Part shown: positions 35,296 through 43,640 of the stretch, piece after piece
Numbering within the stretch: position 1 is the first letter of the stretch
Layout of the letters: the number at the start of each line of letters is the position of its first letter
NCBI GenBank assembly: GCA_041657385.1
Contig: JBBABZ010000004.1
Coordinates: forward strand, 1,867-65,866
From: Minisyncoccota bacterium
GTDB taxonomy: Bacteria; Patescibacteriota; Minisyncoccia; Minisyncoccales; JAQTVQ01
DNA: 64,000 nt
Direction: 5' to 3'
Translations under genes and position numbers: made by a program
The notes under the pieces: generated by a model
What the model saw: the letters and a program-made list of their open reading frames with translations, nothing else
Databases searched by the model: none
What the model was told of the DNA's origin: nothing

Positions 35296-35360
35296 TGGCG
35301 CAATGGCGCGCCAACCTAGACAATGATGTCTCCTAACCTTTCAGGTTTTAGGAGTTTTTT
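35296..35360 (+). promoter_or_regulatory. ANTAR-type dual-hexaloop leader overlapping an intrinsic terminator
   Basis: P1 is TGGCGC-AATGGC-GCGCCA (35296-35313). P2 is AGAC-AATGAT-GTCT (35318-35331). The terminator is CTCCTAACC..GGTT(TT)AGGAG+T6 (35330-35360). Both loops have A at position 1 and G at position 4. Confidence 0.7.
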
Positions 35361-35384
35361 AATTAAAAATAAATTTAACGATTT

Positions 35385-36806
35385 ATGGCTTACGAAGAAA
35401 TAATAGATACTTGTAAAAAACGGGATATAAAATTAGTTGATCTGAAATTTTGCGATCTGCCCGGGACTTGGCAGCATTTTACTTTGCCTTTGGATCAGCT
35501 TGATAAAAAAGCCTTTGAAGAAGGGATCGGTTTTGACGGTTCGAGCATCCGCGGTTTTAAAGAGATTCAGGAAAGCGACATGCTTTTGGTGCCGGATATA
35601 AACACTGTCACGACAGATCCTTTTTCAAAGTTTCCCTTGGCTAGCTTTATCTGCGATGTTTATGAACCGGGCGCAGTGAAAAAAGCGTTCGAGAACGATC
35701 CGCGATTCGTGGCCAAGAAGGCGGAAGAATTTTTAGTTGAAAGCGGTTTAGCCGATAAAGCTTACTTCGGTCCGGAAGCGGAATTTTTTATTTTTGATAA
35801 GGTTAATTTTGGCAGCGGCCCGAATTTTTCTTTTCACGAAATAAAATCAGCCGAGGCTAATTGGGATGCTAAAGAAGACAAAGATCTTCCCGGGAACGGC
35901 CATGGCTATAAGATAAGGAACAAAGAAGGCTACTTTCCCGTCCCGCCGACGGATCAGCTGGCCGACATAAGGAGAGAAATGGTTTTTGAAATGAAAAAGT
36001 TCGGAATAGAGGTGGAAAAAGAGCATCACGAAGTTTCTACCGGCGGCCAGGCGGAAATAGACATTAAATACGATACGCTGAAAAAAATTGCCGATAAAAC
36101 AATGGCTTTTAAATATGTGGTCAAGAATGTAGCTTTCCGCAACGGCAAGACCGCAACCTTTATGCCTAAGCCGATCTGGGGAGACAACGGCTCCGGCATG
36201 CATGTTCATGTTTCCCTTTGGAAAGAAGGAGTTCCCCTTTTCCACGATAAAGGAGGCTACTCGAACCTGAGCGAAATGGCAATTTATTTTATCGGCGGTT
36301 TGCTTAAACACGCTCCTGCCATATTGGCTTTTGCCGCACCGACAACTAATTCTTACAAGCGTCTTGTCCCTGGGTTCGAGGCGCCGGTGAACCTTGCCTA
36401 CTCCGGCAGAAACCGTTCGGCCGCCATTAGGATCCCCGCCTATTCCGACAGTCCCGCGGCCACAAGAATAGAATTTCGCCCGCCTGATCCGTCGGCTAAC
36501 CCATATTTGCTTTTCTCGGCCATGCTTCTGGCCGGTTTGGATGGGGTAAAAAACAAGATCAAGCCCATGGATCCGATAAACGAAAATATTTATAAAATGG
36601 ACAAGAGCAGGGATATCCCACAGGTTCCGGATTCGCTTGATAAAAGCTTGGCCGCTTTGGAAAAGGACAGCGATTTTTTGACTAAAGACGGAGTTTTCGC
36701 CAAAGAGCTGATCGCAACCTGGATCAATTATAAAAAAACTGCGGAATATGATTTTATCCGCACCAGGCCCAGCCCGGCGGAATTCGCACTTTACTACGAT
36801 GTTTAA
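35385..36806 (+). CDS. glnA: Glutamine synthetase type I
   Basis: The 473-aa product contains GFDGSSIRGF, NGSGMHVHVSLW and NSYKRLVPGFEAP. Confidence 0.92.
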   Translation: MAYEEIIDTCKKRDIKLVDLKFCDLPGTWQHFTLPLDQLDKKAFEEGIGFDGSSIRGFKEIQESDMLLVPDINTVTTDPFSKFPLASFICDVYEPGAVKKAFENDPRFVAKKAEEFLVESGLADKAYFGPEAEFFIFDKVNFGSGPNFSFHEIKSAEANWDAKEDKDLPGNGHGYKIRNKEGYFPVPPTDQLADIRREMVFEMKKFGIEVEKEHHEVSTGGQAEIDIKYDTLKKIADKTMAFKYVVKNVAFRNGKTATFMPKPIWGDNGSGMHVHVSLWKEGVPLFHDKGGYSNLSEMAIYFIGGLLKHAPAILAFAAPTTNSYKRLVPGFEAPVNLAYSGRNRSAAIRIPAYSDSPAATRIEFRPPDPSANPYLLFSAMLLAGLDGVKNKIKPMDPINENIYKMDKSRDIPQVPDSLDKSLAALEKDSDFLTKDGVFAKELIATWINYKKTAEYDFIRTRPSPAEFALYYDV

Positions 36807-36825
36807 AAGTGCGAAAATTTGATCA

Positions 36826-37341
36826 ATGCATCCGTTGGTTGAATTGGCCAGATCGGCTGTTGAAAATTATGCGGCAAACGGCACGGAAATCGCCGTGCCG
36901 TTTTATTTTCCAAAGGATCTGCTTGATAAAAAAGCTGGTGTTTTTGTGACCATTGAAAAAGACAAGGGATTGCGCGGCTGTATCGGGACTTATCTGTCCT
37001 GCCATAAAAATATTGCCGAAGAAACAATCCATAATGCTATTTTAGCTGCTGCGGAAGATTATCGTTTCGGACCGATCGAAAAAGACGAGCTTCCACGTTT
37101 GAGTTTTACTGTTTATATTTTAGGCGAGCCGGAGCTGGTTCGCGGCCAGAAAGAATTGGACCATAAAAAATACGGCGTTATCGTTAAAAGTTTAGATAAA
37201 AAAAGAGTCGGGCTTTTACTGCCCGATTTGAAGGGAGTCAATACGGTTTCCGATCAAATATCGATCGCTTGCGCCAAAGCCGAAATTGATCTTTCGGAGC
37301 AAATAATAATTTATAAATTTACCGTTGAAAAATATCAATGA
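36826..37341 (+). CDS. amrA: AMMECR1-domain protein (AmmeMemoRadiSam system protein A)
   Basis: It contains GVFVTIEKDKGLRGCIGT..DYRFGPI. Confidence 0.8.
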   Translation: MHPLVELARSAVENYAANGTEIAVPFYFPKDLLDKKAGVFVTIEKDKGLRGCIGTYLSCHKNIAEETIHNAILAAAEDYRFGPIEKDELPRLSFTVYILGEPELVRGQKELDHKKYGVIVKSLDKKRVGLLLPDLKGVNTVSDQISIACAKAEIDLSEQIIIYKFTVEKYQ

Positions 37342-38003
37342 AAATAGATTGCCACAATCACAGTTATTGGTCTTCTGACGGGCTTCATTCTCCCGAACAG
37401 CTGATAATATCAGCGCTTAAAAAAGGCTTGGACGGCATTGCCTTAACAGACCATGATACAACTAAAGGCTGGCCCGAAGCCATTGAGGCTGCAAAAAAAC
37501 ATAATGCTTTATTGATCCTAGGACAGGAGATCAAGACCGAAAAAGGCGATGTCTTAGGATTGTTTCTTTCCAGGGAAATAAAAAACCGGAATTTTTTGGA
37601 AACGATCAAAGAGATCAAAGACCAGGGAGGGATCGCAGTTGCGGCCCATCCTTTTCATTTCCCTGAACAATTCCGGGAAGATATTAGAGGATACGTAAAA
37701 TTTTTTGACGGCGTAGAAGTTTTTAACAGCCGCGGTCCGATTCCCCTATTCGACAAAAAAGCCCTTAACTTTGCTAAAGCCTATGATCTCGCTTTTTTCG
37801 GCGGCAGCGATGCCCATCTGCAACAAATGTCGGGCAATGCTTATACCGAAGCCGAAGCCAGCACTTTAGACGAATTTAAAAAAGCGATCTTGGATAAAAA
37901 AACCAAGGCTTTCGGCAAGAAATCAAACTGGGTCTATTTGATCGCTCCGACTTTAGCCAGAATCGCTTCTTCTATCTTCCCGAGTTGGAGAAAGAAAAAT
38001 TAA
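37338..38003 (+). CDS. PHP-domain metal-dependent phosphoesterase
   Basis: It contains an N-terminal CHNHSYWSSDG, then ALTDHDT and GGSDAH. Confidence 0.8.
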   Translation: MKIDCHNHSYWSSDGLHSPEQLIISALKKGLDGIALTDHDTTKGWPEAIEAAKKHNALLILGQEIKTEKGDVLGLFLSREIKNRNFLETIKEIKDQGGIAVAAHPFHFPEQFREDIRGYVKFFDGVEVFNSRGPIPLFDKKALNFAKAYDLAFFGGSDAHLQQMSGNAYTEAEASTLDEFKKAILDKKTKAFGKKSNWVYLIAPTLARIASSIFPSWRKKN

Positions 38004-38013
38004 TCATCCAAGT

Positions 38014-38066
38014 CCCTGTGGATAACTCACGAAAAACTGGTCGAGGCCGGGCCTCGACCAGTTTTT
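38014..38066 (+). repeat. Terminator-linked repeat element: CCCTGTGGATAACTCAC + A5 + perfect 11-bp GC-rich hairpin + T5
   Basis: TGTGGATAA is at 38017-38025 and the hairpin CTGGTCGAGGC-CGG-GCCTCGACCAG at 38037-38061. It sits between two convergent genes. Confidence 0.75.
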
Positions 38067-38088
38067 ATCGCGGAATATAAGGCTTTTT

Positions 38089-38679
38089 CTATTTTATTGC
38101 TGAACGGATTCTTTGGAGGGCGGTGAGGTTTGTTAGTATTGCCATAATGATTAGCATCCAGACCATTCCTTCGGCGCAGAATATTCCAATGGCCATAGCT
38201 AGCAAATAAAAGATGCTTCTTTCTCCGCGGGACATTAATCCCCCCTTTAATTCTTTCGCGGTCAATTCTTTTTCTTTGGCCGCGGATTTAGCATAAGTTG
38301 TCATCATCGATCCGAAAAGAATTAAAAATATCCAAATATAATTCGGAAAAAATAGTACTTGGGGCAAGAGTAGAAATAAAAATCCGAAAAGAAGGACTGC
38401 TTCCACATAGCGGTCAAAAACCGTATCCAGATAAGCCCCCTTTTTAGTGGCTAAATTTTTGCGGCGGGCTACGGCGCCATCGACAAAGTCCATAAAAGCG
38501 GCCAGCAGGAAAAAGATGATAGCCCAAGGCAAATCTTGTTTTGTTAAAAAATAGAAACAGATAAAAGCAAAAATAACAGAGCTGAAGCTGTATTGGTTTG
38601 GCGTGAAGGGCATTGGTGAAAAGAAATCAGCAACAACTTTTTCAAGCCCTAGGAATAGATCGCGATGAAGATCGAGCAT
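38089..38679 (-). CDS. CDP-alcohol phosphatidyltransferase (candidate inositol-phosphate-utilising lipid synthase)
   Basis: It has the signature DFVDGAVARRKNLATKKGAYLDTVFDRYVE (D..DG..AR...G...D...D), is polytopic, and is in an operon with the inositol-phosphate synthase. Confidence 0.8.
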   Translation of the reverse strand: MLDLHRDLFLGLEKVVADFFSPMPFTPNQYSFSSVIFAFICFYFLTKQDLPWAIIFFLLAAFMDFVDGAVARRKNLATKKGAYLDTVFDRYVEAVLLFGFLFLLLPQVLFFPNYIWIFLILFGSMMTTYAKSAAKEKELTAKELKGGLMSRGERSIFYLLAMAIGIFCAEGMVWMLIIMAILTNLTALQRIRSAIK

Positions 38680-38681
38680 GA

Positions 38682-39005
38682 TTAAATTTTTTTTAAAATT
38701 TCGTTGGTTCTTTTGACAAAAATTTTCATTTTTTCCAGCTCCTCCTTTCCCTTTTCCTCGGCAATGTAAGATTTTTTGCCTTGCCTTTTATCAGCCCTGA
38801 TATATTCCCCCTCCTTTAAATTTTTGATAACCCGGGCGGCCGTGAATTTGCTCGGCAGAAAACCGAATTTTTCAAAAATAAGGCGAGGCACATCTTGGTC
38901 GCAAATTTCCTCTTTTAAAGCCAGGGATAAAACATAAATCCAAAGATTATCCTCGGTAATGCTTTTTTCAAACCGTTCTATAGGAGTTCTGTTTATTGGT
39001 TTCAT
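38682..39005 (-). CDS. PadR-like winged-helix transcription regulator
   Basis: It contains DNLWIYVLSLAL..RVIKNLKEGEYI..GKKSYIAEEKGKEEL. Confidence 0.6.
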   Translation of the reverse strand: MKPINRTPIERFEKSITEDNLWIYVLSLALKEEICDQDVPRLIFEKFGFLPSKFTAARVIKNLKEGEYIRADKRQGKKSYIAEEKGKEELEKMKIFVKRTNEILKKI

Positions 39006-39154
39006 AATAATATATTTTACCTTATTTTTATAAATATATCTAACGAAAAAATCCAGTTGCTTCCAGGCAAGCCGCTAAAATTCCCTCCGAGGATTAAGCT
39101 GGATTTCACGGCGGGAAATCCAGCGACTCCCTTTTGCCGATAATCTCGTTTTAT

Positions 39155-40309
39155 TTAAAGTTCTCTTTTCCCTAGCAAAAATTCTTCTACCATCTCGCGC
39201 GACTTTTCGTCGGTAAATTGCTGGGGCGGATGCTTCATAAAATAAGACGAAGGAGAAAGCAGGGCTCCGCCCACTTTGCGGTCTAAAGCCAGCCTGGCCA
39301 TCCTGATAGCGTCTATAACGCAACCTGCCGAGTTAGGAGAGTCTTCAACCGATAATCTTAGCTCTAACTCAACCGGCACATTGCCGAATTTGCGTCCTTC
39401 AATTCTAATAAAGCAGATCTTATTATCTTTTAAAAATGGTATCCAATCGCTGGGCCCGATATGGAGATTGTCATAACTCAATCTTTTACTTAATTGCGAC
39501 TCCACGCTTTCGGTCTTGGATATTTTTTTAGATTTTAGCCTTTCGCGAGAAAGCATATTCAAAAAGTCGGTATTGCCGCCGAAATTAAGCTGGTAAGACC
39601 GGTCAATTGTTACGCCTCGCTGGCTGAACAAATGGCTCAAGGCGCGGTGGACGATGGTGGCTCCTATTTGGGACTTGATATCGTCGCCAATGCAGGGCAA
39701 CCTTTTTTCCTCAAATTTTTTGGACCATTCTTCGTTGGAAACAATAAAGACCGGCATGCAATTGATCAAAGCGCATCCTGCCTGCAAAGCGGCATTGGCG
39801 TAAAATTCAGTGGCTTTTTGGGAACCGACCGGCATATAGTTGACCAAAATTTCGGCGCCTGATCTTTTTAATTCTTCGGCAACATCAACTGTTTTTTCAG
39901 CGGACACGACGAAAGTTTTGTCCTCTGGATAATCTTTCATATGGCTGGCCACTCCATCCAGCAAATTTCCCATTTTGACTTTGACGCCGGTTTTGGGAAC
40001 ATCGCGGAAAAAAATTTTTGTGCAATTCGGCTCCTCAAAAATAGCTTCGGAAATATCTTTGCCGACTTTGCGCTTATCAATATCAAAAGCGGCCACGATC
40101 TTTATATCGGAAATTTTGTAAGGGCCGACAACATTGTGCATTAATCCTGGAACAAGTTCGTCGTCGCTGGCTACATTCTTATAATAATAAATACCCTGCA
40201 GCAAGCTTGAAAAGCAATTCCCCACTCCGGCTATGGCAACTTTTATGGCTTTACTTTGGCCAAGCCTTTCTTCCGGCTGGTTCTTAATTTTAGTGTTTTG
40301 TTTTGACAT
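39155..40309 (-). CDS. ino1: myo-Inositol-1-phosphate synthase (Ino1 type)
   Basis: IKVAIAGVGNCFSSLLQGIYYY matches the Ino1 N-terminal NAD-binding signature. The product is 384 aa. Confidence 0.8.
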   Translation of the reverse strand: MSKQNTKIKNQPEERLGQSKAIKVAIAGVGNCFSSLLQGIYYYKNVASDDELVPGLMHNVVGPYKISDIKIVAAFDIDKRKVGKDISEAIFEEPNCTKIFFRDVPKTGVKVKMGNLLDGVASHMKDYPEDKTFVVSAEKTVDVAEELKRSGAEILVNYMPVGSQKATEFYANAALQAGCALINCMPVFIVSNEEWSKKFEEKRLPCIGDDIKSQIGATIVHRALSHLFSQRGVTIDRSYQLNFGGNTDFLNMLSRERLKSKKISKTESVESQLSKRLSYDNLHIGPSDWIPFLKDNKICFIRIEGRKFGNVPVELELRLSVEDSPNSAGCVIDAIRMARLALDRKVGGALLSPSSYFMKHPPQQFTDEKSREMVEEFLLGKREL

Positions 40310-40401
40310 ATCTAAGAATTTCTTTTATTCTATGGTTAGAAGTTAATCTCTTCGTTTAGTTATACTAAAACTATTTTACCGCTGTAAAATAGACTGTCAA
40401 G

Positions 40402-40713
40402 ATGCTTCCCTTCGATCACCTCCAAAAAACCAATACCAAAGACAATTTATGGATCTATATTTTATTGCTTTTGCGTAAAAAGGATGTTTATGGCTGGGAA
40501 CTGCCGGAGATGATCGAAGCGGAATATGATTTTAAACCGGGAAAAATTACTCCCTATCGCGTCCTTTACCGTTTGGAAGCTGACGGCTTCGTGGAGAGTA
40601 AAACGGATCAAAGGCGCAGAGTCTACAAGATAACCCAAAAAGGAAACCAAGAGCTGGAAAAAGCCAAAAATTTTTATCAAAGCGTTTTAAATAAAATGAC
40701 CCAAAATGGTTAA
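40402..40713 (+). CDS. PadR family transcription regulator
   Basis: It contains DNLWIYILLLLRKKDVYGWEL..YRVLYRLEADGFVES..RRVYKITQKGNQEL. Confidence 0.7.
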   Translation: MLPFDHLQKTNTKDNLWIYILLLLRKKDVYGWELPEMIEAEYDFKPGKITPYRVLYRLEADGFVESKTDQRRRVYKITQKGNQELEKAKNFYQSVLNKMTQNG

Positions 40714-41401
40714 CCAGGAAATCGCTAAAGCTTTAACGGAAATAGCTTATTTGCTGGAAATAAAAGGAGAAGATGATTTCAGGATTAGAGCTTACCGCAA
40801 CGCAGCCAAGTTTTTGGAAAAACTAGATAAAGATGTTAAGCAGATATACAAAGAGGAAGGGCTGGCCGGTCTTAAAAAAATTCCGGGCGTGGGCAAAAGC
40901 ATAGCGGAAAAAATTGAGGAATATTTAAAGACAAAAAAAATGAAAACTTTGAAAAAACTGGATGATGAAACGGCCATTCGCCAGATTATTACCCATTATT
41001 TCGAGACCAAAGGAGTGGACCTGAAAGAGCTGAAAGAAAACGCCAGAAAACAAAAAATAGTCTATTCCCGCTTCACTAAACCGGCCAAACAATTGCTGGA
41101 ACTTTCCGGATCTGTTGTTAGGGCTAAGGAAGCGATCGACAAAGTGGCGGAATGGGCAAAATCCAGAAAATTAGACTATGCTATTGAAACAGTCTTTAAA
41201 AAATGGTTAGAATTAGACAGGCTTAAGCCCAAAGAGATCGTCAAGAAGCCGTTTTTCCAAGGCAGACCCATGATCTGGTCCCAAACCCGCAAGCGTTGGT
41301 ATGTGATAGACGACGGCGGAGAGTGGCTGGAATTCGCCGGAAAAGAAAGCGAAATGGAGTGGAGAATAGATGGAGAAAAGCCAGGGAAAAGCCAGGCCTA
41401 A
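40706..41401 (+). CDS. Helix-hairpin-helix protein with PolX-like N-terminal domain and an unknown C-terminal domain
   Basis: It contains NQEIAKALTEIAYLLEIKGEDDFRIRAYRNAA..IPGVGKSIAEKIEEYL. Confidence 0.5.
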   Translation: MVNQEIAKALTEIAYLLEIKGEDDFRIRAYRNAAKFLEKLDKDVKQIYKEEGLAGLKKIPGVGKSIAEKIEEYLKTKKMKTLKKLDDETAIRQIITHYFETKGVDLKELKENARKQKIVYSRFTKPAKQLLELSGSVVRAKEAIDKVAEWAKSRKLDYAIETVFKKWLELDRLKPKEIVKKPFFQGRPMIWSQTRKRWYVIDDGGEWLEFAGKESEMEWRIDGEKPGKSQA

Positions 41402-41556
41402 AAATAATTAGCGATATTAAAATAAATAACAGATAAAGTTCAAAGCTTAAAAGTCAAAGCTCAAAGCCACAACTTATAGCCTTAAAACTAAAATCTAGTT
41501 TTTTGGTTTTGATCTGTAGTTTTGACTTTTGCATTTTGAGTTTTGATTTAAACAAG

Positions 41557-42117
41557 ATGATCAATTATTTTGGATTAAAAAAAGGAATTCAATTCGTTAT
41601 GGACGATTTGCCATACGAAATTACCGAGTCGGCGCCGGTTGGCAAAGCCCAGGATGTTTTTGTCATTAAAGCCAAGATCAAAAATTTGATCACCGGTAAA
41701 ATTACCGATAAATCTTTCCATCAGGATGCCCGGTACGATGAAGCCGAATTGGAAAAAATAGAAGTAAAGTTTATTTACGCCAATCGCGGAAAATATATTT
41801 TTTGCGAAGCGGCTAATCCCGGCAATCGTTTTGAGCTGAACGAAGAACAATTAGGATCCGGCACTAAATTCATAAAAGCCAACCAGATCATCGAAGGCAT
41901 CAAGTTTGAAGATAAGGTTATAAATATCTCCTTGCCGATCAAGGTCCAGCTTAAGGTGGTAGAGTCTTCCCCTGGAGTTAAAGGCGATCGCGCCCAAGGA
42001 GGAAACAAAATGGCAGTTTTGGAAACCGGAGCTCAAATAAATGTCCCTTTGTTCGTTCAGGAGGGAGACATGGTAGAAGTAAATACGGAAACCGGAGAAT
42101 ACTCAAGGCGTGTATAG
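41557..42117 (+). CDS. efp: Elongation factor P
   Basis: The tracked ORF starts at 41503 inside a palindromic repeat. The internal MINYFGLKKG start at 41557 gives a typical length of about 186 aa. The C-terminus shows the OB-fold pattern (GDRAQGGNKMAVLETGAQINVPLFV). Confidence 0.85.
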   Translation: MINYFGLKKGIQFVMDDLPYEITESAPVGKAQDVFVIKAKIKNLITGKITDKSFHQDARYDEAELEKIEVKFIYANRGKYIFCEAANPGNRFELNEEQLGSGTKFIKANQIIEGIKFEDKVINISLPIKVQLKVVESSPGVKGDRAQGGNKMAVLETGAQINVPLFVQEGDMVEVNTETGEYSRRV

Positions 42118-42256
42118 CTCAAAACTCAAATCTCAAAAGTTAAAACCATAACGAAAAACCTTTTAAATTTTGGCTCTGCCGTCATTAATAAAAACAGCCT
42201 AAAGTTTTAGAGTTTTAGGCTGTGGTTTTAAGATTTGACTTTTAAACTTTGAGCTT

Positions 42257-42577
42257 TCACTTTAGAGCCTTGCTAATATCTTTGATCTCTTTATTTATGT
42301 AGCTTTCCGATGAGTCAAGAGCGGCTTTTAATTTTTTATAGTTTATATTTTCTTCAAGAGATAAAACATCTTTTTTCTCAAGCTTGTTTGCTTGGTCTTC
42401 TATTTCTTGGCGGAGAATTTTAAAGTTTTCCGCGAGGGTAAAGACAGCCTCTTCGGCTTCTTTTTTTATTTTGTTCTTTGTTATATTGATCTTGATCGTA
42501 TAATACAAAACGCTAAAAACCGTAACCGCGGTCAAGCAATAAAATAGAATAAAAGTTATCTGGTAGCGATATTCCAT
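42257..42577 (-). CDS. Membrane-anchored coiled-coil protein, hypothetical
   Basis: It has an N-terminal TM helix followed by charged heptad-like sequence. Confidence 0.45.
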   Translation of the reverse strand: MEYRYQITFILFYCLTAVTVFSVLYYTIKINITKNKIKKEAEEAVFTLAENFKILRQEIEDQANKLEKKDVLSLEENINYKKLKAALDSSESYINKEIKDISKALK

Positions 42578-42596
42578 GTCTACATTATATCAAAAA

Positions 42597-43595
42597 TTAT
42601 TCATCCTTTCCTGCCAGTTGTCCACAAGCGGCATCAATATCCTGGCCGAAACGGTATCGCTGGGTAACTTGAACTCCGCTATCCAGCAGGATCGTTTTGA
42701 ATTTTTCCGTCCTTTCCGGCGAAGAAGGCTCGAATCCAGGGACAGGATTAAGAGAAATAAGGTTGACGAAGTATAAAGGCCTGTTCACTATTTTAGCCAG
42801 CTCATTAGCGTCTTTATTAGAGTCGTTAACCCCGCTTATCATTACATACTCGAACATCACCCTTCTTTTTCTTGTTCTTACATATTCCGCGACCGCTTCA
42901 AGCACTTTGCCGATCGGATATTTTTTATTGATCGGCATCAAATCGGATCGCAGTTTTTGGTTTGGGGCATGTAAAGAAATAGCAAGGTTTATTTCCATTC
43001 TTTCCGTGGACAACTTCCTGATCCCTTCGATTATGCCAGAAGTGGATATGGAAAAATTCCTGGCTCCCAGCCCGAATCCGTCCGGATCGTTCAAAAATTT
43101 TATGGCGTTCAAGACATTATCGTAATTAAGAAACGGCTCCCCCATTCCCATAAAAACTATATTGGTCACTTTTTTTCCTGTTTTTTTTAAATATCGTCCG
43201 AATAGAAAAACTTGCTGGGCTATTTCAAAAGCGGTAAGATTGCGCTTAAAGCCGGCCTTGCCAGTGGCGCAAAAAGCGCAAGCCAAGGCACAGCCTGCTT
43301 GGGACGAGACGCAAACAGTATTGCGTCCGTCGTTATGTTCCATTAAAACAGTCTCTATTTTTACTCCATCTTTAAAATTTATCAGAGCTTTCACCGTTTT
43401 TTTGTCATCCGACTCGAAAAGTTTGGCGTCGATCGCCAGCGGAGATTCTTTGTTTAATTTTTCACGCAAAGCCAGCGGCAAAGTTGTCGCTTGAGACCAA
43501 TCATCAATAAGGTCCTGGTAGAGAGCCTCTTTAATTTGTTTTATCCGGTAAAGCGGCTCCCCTATTAATAGCTCGTTAATTTTTTCAAAATTCAT
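42597..43595 (-). CDS. rlmN: 23S rRNA/tRNA (adenine-C2)-methyltransferase, radical SAM
   Basis: It contains SSQAGCALACAFCATG and GMGEPFLNYDNV, and ends ..AACGQL. Confidence 0.9.
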   Translation of the reverse strand: MNFEKINELLIGEPLYRIKQIKEALYQDLIDDWSQATTLPLALREKLNKESPLAIDAKLFESDDKKTVKALINFKDGVKIETVLMEHNDGRNTVCVSSQAGCALACAFCATGKAGFKRNLTAFEIAQQVFLFGRYLKKTGKKVTNIVFMGMGEPFLNYDNVLNAIKFLNDPDGFGLGARNFSISTSGIIEGIRKLSTERMEINLAISLHAPNQKLRSDLMPINKKYPIGKVLEAVAEYVRTRKRRVMFEYVMISGVNDSNKDANELAKIVNRPLYFVNLISLNPVPGFEPSSPERTEKFKTILLDSGVQVTQRYRFGQDIDAACGQLAGKDE

Positions 43596-43640
43596 AATTT
43601 GCCGCTTTCATCCTATCAAAATTTACAGTTAATGCCAATT

